Position numbers and translations under genes: made by a program. Below the pieces are notes generated by a model. That model was not told the DNA's origin. It was given only the letters and a program-made list of their open reading frames with translations, and ran no database searches. A stretch of DNA of 33,222 nt, from positions 1 to 33,222 of the forward strand of contig JBDRYB010000021.1 of NCBI GenBank assembly GCA_039803205.1, in the 5' to 3' direction. This stretch comes from a candidate division WOR-3 bacterium. Its GTDB lineage: Bacteria > Hydrothermota > Hydrothermia > JBDRYB01. Numbering within the stretch: position 1 is the first letter of the stretch; each line of letters starts with the position of its first letter. This document shows positions 1 through 9,402 of the stretch, piece by piece.

Positions 1-24
1 AAGCTTTTCGTTAAGGAAGGTCAT
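1..24 (-). CDS. 5' end of a gene running off the left edge (MTFLNEKL...), product unknown
   Basis: Minus strand reads GGAGGT-AAAT-ATG ACC TTC CTT AAC GAA AAG CTT: strong Shine-Dalgarno, open to the window edge, with a candidate promoter at 70-99. Confidence 0.6.
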
Positions 25-69
25 ATTTACCTCCCCCGGCCTGGTTTATGGTATCAGAGGCCGGGGTAT

Positions 70-99
70 ATTATAATCCTCCTCAATTCAGCAAATCTA
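70..99 (-). promoter_or_regulatory. Candidate sigma70-like promoter for the left-edge gene
   Basis: TAGATT-N18-TATAAT on the minus strand; perfect -10, weak -35. Confidence 0.45.
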
Positions 100-195
100 A
101 GTTAAGTCCTTGGGCCATCGGCATTTGCGTCTAAGCTCTTGCCGGAGAAGAACTTACGGTGGAATTAAAGTGGGTCATATCAGGAGAAAAATGGG

Positions 196-225
196 TTGAA
201 CCCCTCCGGCCGCACGCCTTAAGAT
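196..225 (+). promoter_or_regulatory. Candidate promoter for the M23 peptidase-murJ operon
   Basis: TTGAAC-N18-TAAGAT, ending 15 nt before the TTG start. Confidence 0.5.
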
Positions 226-240
226 TTTCCCTCAAGCGAT

Positions 241-1947
241 TTGATAGGCTTCTGGTTCGCCTCTCTCGTTTCGGCCGGCGCCCTCTCCCAGCCTCTGGCC
301 CTGGACAGTTTCAGGATAACCTCCTCTTTCGGGGAATACAGGCATCTGCACTTTCACGCTGGATTTGATTACAGCACATGGGGCCAGACCGGTATCCCGG
401 TCCTCGCTCTTGATGACGGGGTTCTCTTCAGGGCCTCTTTCTCGCCCTGGGGATATGGAAAGAGCCTGTGGCTGATGACCGAAGGGGGCCTCATAGTTCG
501 TTACGCGCACCTTGAACGCTTCACCCCCCACATTGATTCGGTCATCCATCTCTACAGAAAGGAGAGAAAGGCTGACACGGGAACAATAGATCTAGCGCTC
601 AGGGTAAAGAAGGGCGCTGTCGTTGCCTATTCAGGGGAAACCGGGGCCGGCCCTCCACACCTTCACCTTGAGATATACGACTCGGCTGGGAGGCTTTTGA
701 ATCCTTGGGATCTCGGGCTTCGCTACACGGATACGGTTCCACCCACGATAAAAGGCATCTCGGCCGTCCCAATGGGCGGAACCGTAGGGGGGTTACCATT
801 TGAGAGATTCTATCCCTCATCCGGAAGCTCTATCCCGGAGACCATACGGGTTTTTGGGCGCTTTGGGTTGCTTCTCTGGGCACAGGATTTCTGGGGCTCG
901 GGGGTTGGCATAAGGGGAGCGAGGATAAGCGTGGATGACACCGTGGTCTTTTCTTTGGATTTCGCGAGCCTTCACCCTGAGGACAATCCTTGGACTGAAG
1001 CGCTTTACGCGTTTGGTGGGGGTAGCAACTCCGCCTCGGCCCTGAGGTGCTATCTCCTTTCGCCAAAGGAGGAATTGGATTGCCTCAGGGCCTTGCCATA
1101 TCTTGAGCTATCCGAAGGGACCCACCTCGGGCTCGCGGAGGCCTGGGATTGCACTGGGGCCAGGACCTCGGTGAGATTCGTGATTAAGGTTGGGCCCTCT
1201 CCTCCGGATCCCAGGCCTCCCCTGAGCTGGGACATGAGGAGAAACGGGTTTTGCATGAGGGCATTCGGATACGGAACCCTCGTGCTCTCAAGGGATGAGA
1301 TAAAGGGACTTAAATCCATAGCCATAACGGATGCCGGTTATCTCTACTGGATAAAGGGTGATACGGCCCTCGGGCTATGGAACGCTCGGCTGGTAACGAG
1401 AACAATAGGCCCCCAAGGTGGGGAGGCTGAGGCATTCGGCTGGAGGCTGAAGGCCCCTGCCATGGCACTCGCTTGCTCAACGCAGTTCGTCTTCTACCGG
1501 GATACGAAAGGCACAGCTATATTCCCTGCGTATCCTCCGGTGGCCGCGCGATGCACCCTGGCCCTTTCTGAGCCGGATTCCCTCGGGATCTACACGGCTG
1601 ATTCTGGGGGAAAACCCCTCAGGTATCTTGGGCTTGGGGAAGGCGCACCAGCGTCGCGCTTCGGTTTTCTAGTGGCCTCTAGGGACAGGAAACCACCTGA
1701 GATAAAAAGCATTTCAGCGGGTTCTAGGCTAATTGACTTTTCCGTAAGGGATGAGGGTAGTGGAATAAAAGAGATCTCTTTTTTCGTTGATGGGGAATGG
1801 GTCCCAGGGGATCACGACCCCGAGAGGGCCAGGTATTCTTACAAGCCCCTGTTTCCCCTCATGCCAGGGGATCATCCGTGGCGTATAACCGCAAAGGACG
1901 CTTTTGAAAACGAGACGAGCCTTGAAGGTGTGCTGAGAGTAAAATGA
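241..1947 (+). CDS. M23 family metallopeptidase with C-terminal Ig-like/unknown domains
   Basis: ITSSFGEYR..HFHAGFD (HxxxD), GYGK, YAHL, AYSGETG..PPHLHLE (HxH) motifs; hydrophobic N-terminus; TTG start. Confidence 0.9.
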   Translation: MIGFWFASLVSAGALSQPLALDSFRITSSFGEYRHLHFHAGFDYSTWGQTGIPVLALDDGVLFRASFSPWGYGKSLWLMTEGGLIVRYAHLERFTPHIDSVIHLYRKERKADTGTIDLALRVKKGAVVAYSGETGAGPPHLHLEIYDSAGRLLNPWDLGLRYTDTVPPTIKGISAVPMGGTVGGLPFERFYPSSGSSIPETIRVFGRFGLLLWAQDFWGSGVGIRGARISVDDTVVFSLDFASLHPEDNPWTEALYAFGGGSNSASALRCYLLSPKEELDCLRALPYLELSEGTHLGLAEAWDCTGARTSVRFVIKVGPSPPDPRPPLSWDMRRNGFCMRAFGYGTLVLSRDEIKGLKSIAITDAGYLYWIKGDTALGLWNARLVTRTIGPQGGEAEAFGWRLKAPAMALACSTQFVFYRDTKGTAIFPAYPPVAARCTLALSEPDSLGIYTADSGGKPLRYLGLGEGAPASRFGFLVASRDRKPPEIKSISAGSRLIDFSVRDEGSGIKEISFFVDGEWVPGDHDPERARYSYKPLFPLMPGDHPWRITAKDAFENETSLEGVLRVK

Positions 1948-3407
1948 AGGGAATAAAGGGTTTCATAGCCGGAACCCTCATCTCAAGGGTTCTCGGCCTC
2001 ATAAGGGAGGCCGCGATCGCTTACCTCTTGGGCGCAAAAGACGCGGCAGACGCCTTCTACGCGGCAATGAGAATACCCATGCTCCTCAGGGATATGGTTG
2101 CTGAGAATGTTGTCCAGACCGCTCTCATCCCTTCATACATAGAGGCAAGAGACAGGTTCAAAACATCAGAGAGTTTCCTCTCTGCTATCGTGCTTCTTGG
2201 CGGGGTCCTCATATCTGTCCTTACCCTTCTTGGGATAATCCTCGCGCCTTGGCTCGTTAAATTGATAACATGGGGGTTCCCGCCGGGTAAGATGGCACTA
2301 ACGGTTAACCTTACCATGCTCATATTCCCCCTGATAGTCCTTGTATCCGCCTCTGCCCTCGCATCAGGCCTCCTAAACACCAAGAGGAGTTTCTTCGTTC
2401 CCGCGTTATCCCCTGCGTTTCTGAACCTCGGAACCGTAATCCTAGCGGTTCTTGGGAGCCTTTTCTGCAAGGACATGACTAGCAGAGCAATAGTCCTCAC
2501 CGCAGGCACACTGTTCGGGGGTGCTCTCCAGTTTCTCTTTCAGTTTCCGTTCCTGAGGGGATTCAGAATGAAAAGGCCCGATCTCAGCCATCCATCCCTC
2601 AGGACATTTGCCAGACTTCTGCTTCCGGTTCTCGTCTCAACCGGCTTCTCAAGGCTAACCCTTTTGGTGAATACCCTCATAGCCTCTTTCCTCGGAACGG
2701 GTGCAGTCGCTTACTTGAACTACGCTTTCAGGGTAATGCAGCTCCCGCTCGGACTCTTCGGGGTCGGGGTGGCTACGGTCGTTCTTCCCGGCATGGCAGA
2801 AAGGGCCGCGAGGGAGATAGTGCCCAAGGAAGACCTCTCGTCCGGGGAGGCCACGAGCCTATTTTTTACGGCACCGGCCGCGGTTTTCATAATCATGGCG
2901 GCACAGCCGATAATCCACATCCTGTTCGGTAGGGGCAGTTTCACCGCCGTGGATTCCTTCTGTTCAGCCCAGGCCCTCATCCTATACACCCTTGGGGTTC
3001 CGGGGATATCCCTCTCCAGGGTCTACCTGAACTACATGTTCGCGCTGAAAAAAACCAGGGAACCAAACATCTCTTTCCTCATAAGCGCTTGCACGAACAT
3101 AGCCCTCTCTCTGGCCCTGGCTCCAACTTTGGGTTTTGCTGGCCTCGCGCTCGCAACGGGGATATCCGGATGGGTTCAGGCCCTATATCTCCGGTGGATG
3201 ACCCCTCTCGGGCAAGAGGGAATGGGTAGGTTGGCCCTCATAATGGGCATAGCCGGGGTCTCCTACATTCCCATTTGGTTTGCCCTTGCCAGGATGAATC
3301 CGTGGCTCTCGGTTTCGGCGGAGATGATCGTGGGAACGGGTTTATATCTAGGCTTGACCCATCTCGCTGGCCTGGGGTTCACGAGGAGGCTTTTCAAGAA
3401 AGGGTGA
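1944..3407 (+). CDS. murJ: Lipid II flippase MurJ (MviN)
   Basis: GTLISRVLGLIRE..IAYLLGA..ADAFYAA.RIP..LR and LNYAFRVMQLPLGLFGV motifs; multi-pass membrane protein; 4-bp overlap with the upstream gene. Confidence 0.95.
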   Translation: MKGIKGFIAGTLISRVLGLIREAAIAYLLGAKDAADAFYAAMRIPMLLRDMVAENVVQTALIPSYIEARDRFKTSESFLSAIVLLGGVLISVLTLLGIILAPWLVKLITWGFPPGKMALTVNLTMLIFPLIVLVSASALASGLLNTKRSFFVPALSPAFLNLGTVILAVLGSLFCKDMTSRAIVLTAGTLFGGALQFLFQFPFLRGFRMKRPDLSHPSLRTFARLLLPVLVSTGFSRLTLLVNTLIASFLGTGAVAYLNYAFRVMQLPLGLFGVGVATVVLPGMAERAAREIVPKEDLSSGEATSLFFTAPAAVFIIMAAQPIIHILFGRGSFTAVDSFCSAQALILYTLGVPGISLSRVYLNYMFALKKTREPNISFLISACTNIALSLALAPTLGFAGLALATGISGWVQALYLRWMTPLGQEGMGRLALIMGIAGVSYIPIWFALARMNPWLSVSAEMIVGTGLYLGLTHLAGLGFTRRLFKKG

Positions 3408-3408
3408 G

Positions 3409-5319
3409 CTATTTCCCCACCAAGAATTTCACGGTCGCCGTTCTCTCTTTGGCCTTGTAAACAGCCATGTAAATCCCAGCAGGGACAGATGGCCTGAACT
3501 CAAAGACACCCGGCCCCATGTCTCCTTCGTGAATAACGCTGAGGAGTCGGCCAGTGGCATCGTAGAGGCTGAGCCTAGCGGTTGTAGGCCCTGGAAGCTC
3601 AAGCACCAAAGCGTCCCCTCTTTGGTTCATCCTGAACACAGAGGGCATGGGCTTTGTCTCCTCAACCTTCTCATACAGGGGGCAAGAGGTGTATTTTATC
3701 CAGACCCCTCCCTGGGTCGCTATCTCCCTGTTGACCTGGTCGGCCCTGAGCTCTATCCTGTATTGGAAATACTTCTTGCATGGTGTCCCCAGGAAAACAG
3801 AATCAGCCCCTGTTCCCTCTCGTAGGAATATGGGGCCCACCCAGGGCGCGGCCAGTATCTCTGCCACGGTGTTCCCAGCGCGCCAGAATAGCGCGACAGC
3901 GGTATCGTTTGGGATGCAAGTATTGTATCCCCAGCCGAACCAGGATATCGCGCCGCCTGAGTCGGCAACAGCATGGAGCTGGAGGATTGAGGATTCTAGC
4001 CAACCAGACGAGGCAAAAAGCGAGTTCATCTTGTTCTCATAAACCGCGTGCTCTCCTCCTCTAGTAGCCAAAATGTCCAGGTCCGGCGTGCAGGAGAGCT
4101 GATCGAGATCGTCGGGATATACCCAGTGAGAATCCTGAAAATTCGGGTCAATCTGATACTCCGTATAGTTAGGGAAAGGAACAGAGGACTTAAAGTAGCC
4201 TATGCGCTGATATGCTCCAACTACATCCACTAGGCCATCCAGGTCCATGTCGTAAGCTATGGCTCCGTCAGTGTATCCAACGGCAGGGTCTATTATGCGC
4301 CGGTATGTAAAGCCGAGGCCGGTCCCATCGTTTATCAGGGCCTCAAACCAGAACCACGAGTTCGCGAAGTCCTGACGACCTATGGTGATGTCTAGATCCC
4401 CATCCCTGTCAAGGTCGTTCAGCCACATGCCATCAAGCCTCCCGGGGCCTGGATTCACGGGATACCAGTTATGGGTGAAGGTGCCATCACGGTTGTTCAG
4501 AAAGACATGGGCCATGCCATCGCCATACTGGGAACCATCAAGGGTGCCACCCGGGGTAGAAACCACATCTGGCCACAGGTCGCCGTTCAGGTCTCCAACG
4601 GCCAGACGCCAACTCATCTGATAGTTTTGAACAGGAAGATCCAGGGTTCTGAAAGTCCAAATCGGATGCCGGATGAAATTGCCATTGCCATCCGTGTTTT
4701 CCCACCACCAAACTCCGGATGTATCGGTGTTTGGCCAGGCTGCTACTGCCCTGCTGGATGCGAAGAAGTCCCTGTCGCCATCCTGATCTATATCCGCGGA
4801 GAGAACGAATGTGGTGCTTCTGGTCGTGAGGGTTGTGGATGTCCAGGTGGCTCCGTTGTTTCTCAGAAAATAAAGCCCACCCCCGCCATCCGCTACAATC
4901 AGATCCCCATCCCCATCCCTATCAAAATCATCAGGCCATACCATAGCACAACCTTCTGTGGTCAAACCCGGTATGTTGATCACATCGTGAGGTATGTATG
5001 TCCAGTTTCCAATGAACTCATACCACCGCACCACATTGTTGGAGAGAAGAACGAGGTCCTTGTCCCCATCACCGTCTATGTCAAATGGGGAGAACCCTTG
5101 ATAGAGCCTAACACCGCCGAGGTCTATGGTTCTCTTCTGCCAGTTTCCGGGGGCCAACAAAATAACGATAAGGGAGAGTATGCCCGGATTTGAGTAGTTG
5201 ACATTCTGAGACTGCCAGAAACGGTTCCCCCAGGCCGCTACAGGCCCCTGAACCCCTGGCCCCCCAGACCAGTCGTTCTGGAAGGCATAAACCTGCGACA
5301 GCAGGATAACCGCCATCAT
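3409..5319 (-). CDS. Secreted FG-GAP/VCBS-repeat beta-propeller protein with T9SS type A-like C-terminal domain
   Basis: Repeated DxDxDGDxD motifs (DIDGDGDKD, DFDRDGDGD, DIDQDGDRD, DLNGDLWPD, DLDRDGDLD, DMDLDGLVD); C-terminus LSLYDATGRLL...PAGIYMA...TVKFLV; SD AAGGAG. Confidence 0.85.
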   Translation of the reverse strand: MMAVILLSQVYAFQNDWSGGPGVQGPVAAWGNRFWQSQNVNYSNPGILSLIVILLAPGNWQKRTIDLGGVRLYQGFSPFDIDGDGDKDLVLLSNNVVRWYEFIGNWTYIPHDVINIPGLTTEGCAMVWPDDFDRDGDGDLIVADGGGGLYFLRNNGATWTSTTLTTRSTTFVLSADIDQDGDRDFFASSRAVAAWPNTDTSGVWWWENTDGNGNFIRHPIWTFRTLDLPVQNYQMSWRLAVGDLNGDLWPDVVSTPGGTLDGSQYGDGMAHVFLNNRDGTFTHNWYPVNPGPGRLDGMWLNDLDRDGDLDITIGRQDFANSWFWFEALINDGTGLGFTYRRIIDPAVGYTDGAIAYDMDLDGLVDVVGAYQRIGYFKSSVPFPNYTEYQIDPNFQDSHWVYPDDLDQLSCTPDLDILATRGGEHAVYENKMNSLFASSGWLESSILQLHAVADSGGAISWFGWGYNTCIPNDTAVALFWRAGNTVAEILAAPWVGPIFLREGTGADSVFLGTPCKKYFQYRIELRADQVNREIATQGGVWIKYTSCPLYEKVEETKPMPSVFRMNQRGDALVLELPGPTTARLSLYDATGRLLSVIHEGDMGPGVFEFRPSVPAGIYMAVYKAKERTATVKFLVGK

Positions 5320-5348
5320 AATCTCATCTCCTTTAGCTAGGCCTATAT

Positions 5349-5377
5349 ATTATAACTGATTTAAGAGGGATAGTCAA
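5349..5377 (-). promoter_or_regulatory. Near-consensus sigma70 promoter for the FG-GAP protein
   Basis: TTGACT-N17-TATAAT. Confidence 0.7.
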
Positions 5378-5465
5378 GGGCGCGCCGTTCCTGGAGATCA
5401 TTGCAAATTTTGGCCAATCTCCAGGGATTGAGTGCTGGCCCCACCACAGCCCTTCAGGGTAAAAT

Positions 5466-5741
5466 ATGGACATGAAACAGACAACCAAGAGGAGCAACAG
5501 AAGGTTCAAGGTTAAGATTGAAACCCCAGCAGTGGAGACAGAACCTACAGCAACACCAATATGCCCGAAGTGCGGAAGCAGGCATGTTCAGAAGAGGGAT
5601 TGGTTCACGAGAACAGTAAGGGACATCCACGGCCCCATACAGATAACCCAGAAAAGATACTATTGCCCCAGATGTTCAACCCAGATCCTGCATGAATCTG
5701 AAACTCCCTCTGAGTGCGGATTTCAGAGGCCGAAAAGATAA
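5466..5741 (+). pseudogene. Transposase N-terminal zinc-ribbon fragment (ISL3/IS1-like), truncated
   Basis: CPKCGS...RTVRDI...KRYYCPRC pattern typical of transposase zinc ribbons; no catalytic domain follows; A-rich composition; 9-bp inverted repeat upstream (5390-5425). Confidence 0.6.
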
Positions 5742-6029
5742 GAAATTTCCGGGTAGAAACAGGTCTCACGATCCGTTTGAAAAACCAGGAAGTCCTTGTG
5801 GAGTGAGGAACTCCCATGCCACACATTTCTCTTATTGAGACTCGTTCGCGCAGAAAAATGGGTTCATCTGATCCCAGATCTTGCCTGAACCAGAAATCTT
5901 CTCCTGGTGCGGGCTACAGAAATGAGGTTGGTCTCGTCCCTGGGCAATCACAAGACCTGCCCTGCAATTCTGGCCGGATAAGGATTTTCGGGTTTCGTGG
6001 GTTATTTTTGGCCGCGGAACGACCGAGAC

Positions 6030-6824
6030 TCATCTCCTCCAGAAAACCAAAGAGGCGAGGAATATAAGTGTTCCAACGAGGATTACTGAGGCGCCCGAGG
6101 GCAGGTTGAGCCAGAACGAGAGGCCTAGACCCCCGATTATAGCGATGATTCCCGCCAAGTAGGAAAATATTATTCCCCCTTTATGAGACCTTGAGACCCT
6201 CGCGCCTATTGAACCCGGAAAGACCAAAAGCCCAGAGATCAAGACAACTCCAACTGCCCTCATGCACGCGACAACTGAGAGCGCGAGAATGAATAATAGC
6301 GCGGAGTTCAAAAGCCCTGTCCTGACACCATGGGCCTCCGCGAGCTCGGGGTCAAATGTTGAGAATAAGAGCTTCCTCAGAAACAAAAGCAGAAAACCCA
6401 GGTTCAATGCGGCAACCCCTCCGAGGAGAAGAAGGTCAAATTCCGAAAGGCTCAGGATGTTTCCAAAAAGGTATGTCCAGAGGTCAACCCTTGTTCCGCC
6501 GGCCAAAGCCAATAGCACAGCGCCAAGGGCCATTGTCCCGGCAAAGAGAACGCCAGTCGTGGTATCCTCAGGAACACCCCGCCTTGATGCCTCTGCCATA
6601 ACAAAAGCCACCAGAATGCTTATAGCGATCGCCCCGTAAACAGGGTTTATCCCGAGAAGGACCCCGAGCGCGAGGCCGCCAAAGGCTGAGTGAGATATAC
6701 CAACGCCGGTGAAAGAAAGCCTCCTTGTGACCACGAAAAACGAGAGAAGGGGAAGAAAGAGTGCCATTATCAGGCCGCCAGCTAGAGCGTTCCTCGCGAA
6801 GGAAAACTCAAGTATCCCTATCAT
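6030..6824 (-). CDS. znuB: Zn/Mn ABC transporter permease
   Basis: FVVTRRLSFTGVGISHSAFGG, YLFGNIL, TFDPELAEAHGV, VGVVLISGLLVFP motifs of the ABC-3 family. Confidence 0.9.
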   Translation of the reverse strand: MIGILEFSFARNALAGGLIMALFLPLLSFFVVTRRLSFTGVGISHSAFGGLALGVLLGINPVYGAIAISILVAFVMAEASRRGVPEDTTTGVLFAGTMALGAVLLALAGGTRVDLWTYLFGNILSLSEFDLLLLGGVAALNLGFLLLFLRKLLFSTFDPELAEAHGVRTGLLNSALLFILALSVVACMRAVGVVLISGLLVFPGSIGARVSRSHKGGIIFSYLAGIIAIIGGLGLSFWLNLPSGASVILVGTLIFLASLVFWRR

Positions 6825-7530
6825 CAGGCTCCTTGTGATGGATCAAATCAACCTCCCGACCATATAGCTCTGAAAGGTGCTTACTGGTGAAGCATGCTGA
6901 GGCAGGCCCGTGCGCGTGAAGCCGTATGTTAAGGCAGAATACCTGATCAGCATAGGAGGATATGGCACCGACATCGTGCGATGTCATTATCACGGTGGTG
7001 CCACTCTCGGCCCTAAGCCTCAAGAGCAACCTGTAGAAATCCTTTTGACTCACGGTGTCTATCCCTGTTGAGGGCTCGTCAAGGAGCATGAGCCTTGGAT
7101 CCTGAACAATAACCCTAGCGAGAGATACCCTCTGCGCCTGGCCTCCAGAGAGCTCCCAGAAGGAACGGCCAGCGTGCTCCGCCATTCCCACCAATTCAAG
7201 CGCTCTGAGAGCCTTTTCCTTGCTCACGCGGCCCATTATCATCACTGCCTCAAGGGCGGTGAGGGGCAAAAGGCTTCTCGTCTGCCTTTGGGGCAGGTAT
7301 CCGACAAGGGCCTTTTTTACGGCGGCTCTGGGTTCAAACCCGAATACCCGGATCTCGCCCGCGGAGGGTTTAACTATACCGAGAATGGCCCTGAGCAGGG
7401 TCGTTTTTCCGCCGCCGTTCGGCCCAATTATTCCTGCTATTTGCCCCTCCTCTATTTCCATGTTTATGTCGGAAAGGACCCTGGTGGTTCCCAGTTCCAC
7501 GCTCAGGTGGCTCACGCTTACCGCTTTCAT
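6808..7530 (-). CDS. znuC: Zn/Mn ABC transporter ATP-binding protein
   Basis: Walker A GPNGGGKTT, GYLPQ, signature LSGGQ, Walker B LLDEP, SHD switch. Confidence 0.9.
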   Translation of the reverse strand: MKAVSVSHLSVELGTTRVLSDINMEIEEGQIAGIIGPNGGGKTTLLRAILGIVKPSAGEIRVFGFEPRAAVKKALVGYLPQRQTRSLLPLTALEAVMIMGRVSKEKALRALELVGMAEHAGRSFWELSGGQAQRVSLARVIVQDPRLMLLDEPSTGIDTVSQKDFYRLLLRLRAESGTTVIMTSHDVGAISSYADQVFCLNIRLHAHGPASACFTSKHLSELYGREVDLIHHKEPDDRDT

Positions 7531-8345
7531 TTTAGCACCCTGAGGATCTCCTTCCCGTTGTAATAGAGAAGGTCAATGTAGCTGTCCCTGGCGGTATCTC
7601 CGGGATCTCCAATTGGATCAAGCATGGCCACCCTTGCGCCTGCTTCTGCTTCAAGGGTTCTGGTGTATGGGGATGCTGATCCCATCTCCCCGAAGACTGC
7701 CCGGACACCTTCATTTTTCATTGTTTCTATGGTGTTTGCGAGTGTCATGGGCGATACCTCGGTTCCCTCCCCAGCCCCGAGGCTCGCTACCTCCAAGAGT
7801 CCGTAGCGGGCCGCAAAATACCTCCACGCCGGGTGAACCGAAACGAACCGCTTGTCCTTTACCCTGGATAACTCTCCTATAAACCATGCATCAAATGTGT
7901 CAATCTGGGAATTAAAACCCTCAAGATTGTGCTGGAACACATCCTTTTTATCCGGCCAGAGCTCCGATAGAGCAACCGCTATTGCGCTGGCTATCATCTT
8001 TGCCCTTTGCGGATCAAGCCAAACATGCGGATCCTCCATCAGCATACCTCCGGCCTCAGATGCATCAACGAGAACAGCCTCTGTCCCAGTTCTTTTGACC
8101 CAAGGTTCCATTAGGGGCCCAGCGTATATCACGATTTTCGCGCCCGAGAGGGCGGCTATGTCCTTCGGCGTTGGCTCATACGCGTGAGGATTGGAGCCCG
8201 GCGGCACAACTCCCATAACCCTGAACTCCTCGCCGACGATAGCCTTTGTTATGCTGGTTAAAGGGTATATCGTGGCAACAACCGGAGCGGCTTGCTTATT
8301 CTGACAGGAGCATATCCCGACCATGATCATCAGAGACTTTCTCAT
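7527..8345 (-). CDS. znuA: Zn/Mn ABC transporter substrate-binding lipoprotein (ZnuA/TroA family)
   Basis: NPHAYEP, DPHVWLDP and HPAWRYFAARYGL metal-ligand motifs; N-terminal Cys (ICSC). Metal specificity cannot be determined. Confidence 0.88.
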   Translation of the reverse strand: MRKSLMIMVGICSCQNKQAAPVVATIYPLTSITKAIVGEEFRVMGVVPPGSNPHAYEPTPKDIAALSGAKIVIYAGPLMEPWVKRTGTEAVLVDASEAGGMLMEDPHVWLDPQRAKMIASAIAVALSELWPDKKDVFQHNLEGFNSQIDTFDAWFIGELSRVKDKRFVSVHPAWRYFAARYGLLEVASLGAGEGTEVSPMTLANTIETMKNEGVRAVFGEMGSASPYTRTLEAEAGARVAMLDPIGDPGDTARDSYIDLLYYNGKEILRVLK

Positions 8346-8351
8346 AGCTAA

Positions 8352-8381
8352 ATTATAGGATATTATTCAGATGACGCGCAA
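8352..8381 (-). promoter_or_regulatory. Promoter of the metal ABC operon (leaderless)
   Basis: TTGCGC-N18-TATAAT-N6-ATG, no SD. Confidence 0.65.
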
Positions 8382-8406
8382 GCAGACCCTTAGGCGGAAA
8401 CGATCA

Positions 8407-8436
8407 GTGCACCAACACCCTCGTGTGCTTTATAAT
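8407..8436 (+). promoter_or_regulatory. Candidate promoter for the SPFH operon
   Basis: GTGCAC-N18-TATAAT followed by a GGAGG SD. Confidence 0.55.
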
Positions 8437-8456
8437 TTCCCTGTGTTGGAGGTTTT

Positions 8457-9401
8457 ATGGTTTTCGTATTTGGAGTCCTAGCCTTTGTTTTTGGAATAGC
8501 CATCTGGTTCATCATAGGCGCGGCAGCCGGAAGGCGCGCGGCTCTGACGGGTGCTCTTGGTGCTATAAACATAGTCCGAAGCATCATATCCGGAATAGCT
8601 ATCCTGGTTGGGATCATCGCGATACTCTTCTCCATTATAGTCATTATTCAACCTGGCGAGGTCGGAGTTCAGATACTCTTCGGCTCAGCTCTGCCGAATG
8701 TCCTTCGTGAGGGCTTTCACATCGTCAACCCATTCGTGAAGGTGGAGAGGATGAGCATCAGAACCCAGGAATACACCATGTCGGTCGTGCAGGAAGAGGG
8801 ATTAGTGAAGCGAGATGACAGCATAGACGCTTTGACGAAGGACGGCCTCACAGTGAAGCTGGATGTGACGGTTTGGTATAGGCTTCTCCCCGAGGAGGCC
8901 GTGAATGTCTACAGGAACCTCGGGCCCGAGTATGTCTCCATAATAGTCCGCCCCGCGATAAGGACAGCCCTCCGGGACGCGGCAAGCTATTTCACCGCTG
9001 TTGACATATACGCAGGCAAAAGGGAGGATTTCGTATCCCTATGCAAGACGAAGATGGACGAATCCATGGCTGGCAAGGGCGTTGTAATAGAGAGGGTTCT
9101 CCTCAGGAATGTTGGGCTACCTGACCGTGTCCGGCAGGCCATAGAGGAGAAGCTTAGCGCTGAGCAGGAAGCCCAAAGGATGCAGTTTGTCCTTGAAAAA
9201 GAAAGGCTTGAGGCTGAGCGCAAGCGGGTTGAGGCAGGTGGTTTGGCTGATGCGCAGAGGATAATAAACGCCACCCTTACTCCTCAATACCTGCAATACC
9301 TGTATCTCACTAGCCTGCAAAAGATGGCCGAATCCCAAAACACCACCTTCCTAATAGCTCCTTACGATAAGAACTTCCTACCCCTCATCAATGTGAGGTA
9401 G
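8457..9401 (+). CDS. Prohibitin/SPFH (band 7) family membrane protein
   Basis: Two N-terminal TM helices, IQPGEVGV..FG, EGFHIVNPF, TKDGLTVKLDVTV.YR, AIEEKLSAEQEAQRMQF coiled coil. Confidence 0.92.
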   Translation: MVFVFGVLAFVFGIAIWFIIGAAAGRRAALTGALGAINIVRSIISGIAILVGIIAILFSIIVIIQPGEVGVQILFGSALPNVLREGFHIVNPFVKVERMSIRTQEYTMSVVQEEGLVKRDDSIDALTKDGLTVKLDVTVWYRLLPEEAVNVYRNLGPEYVSIIVRPAIRTALRDAASYFTAVDIYAGKREDFVSLCKTKMDESMAGKGVVIERVLLRNVGLPDRVRQAIEEKLSAEQEAQRMQFVLEKERLEAERKRVEAGGLADAQRIINATLTPQYLQYLYLTSLQKMAESQNTTFLIAPYDKNFLPLINVR

Positions 9402-9402
9402 G

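Noticed and set aside
4471..5193. Long antisense ORFs (also 13247-13870, 14762-15367, 31062-31730, 32388-32945)
   Set aside because: Shadow frames of well-supported genes with no recognisable motifs or start signals.
5816..6067. 83-aa ORF converging on znuB
   Set aside because: No recognisable motif, overlaps the znuB 3' end and lies in degenerate sequence; not supportable as a gene.
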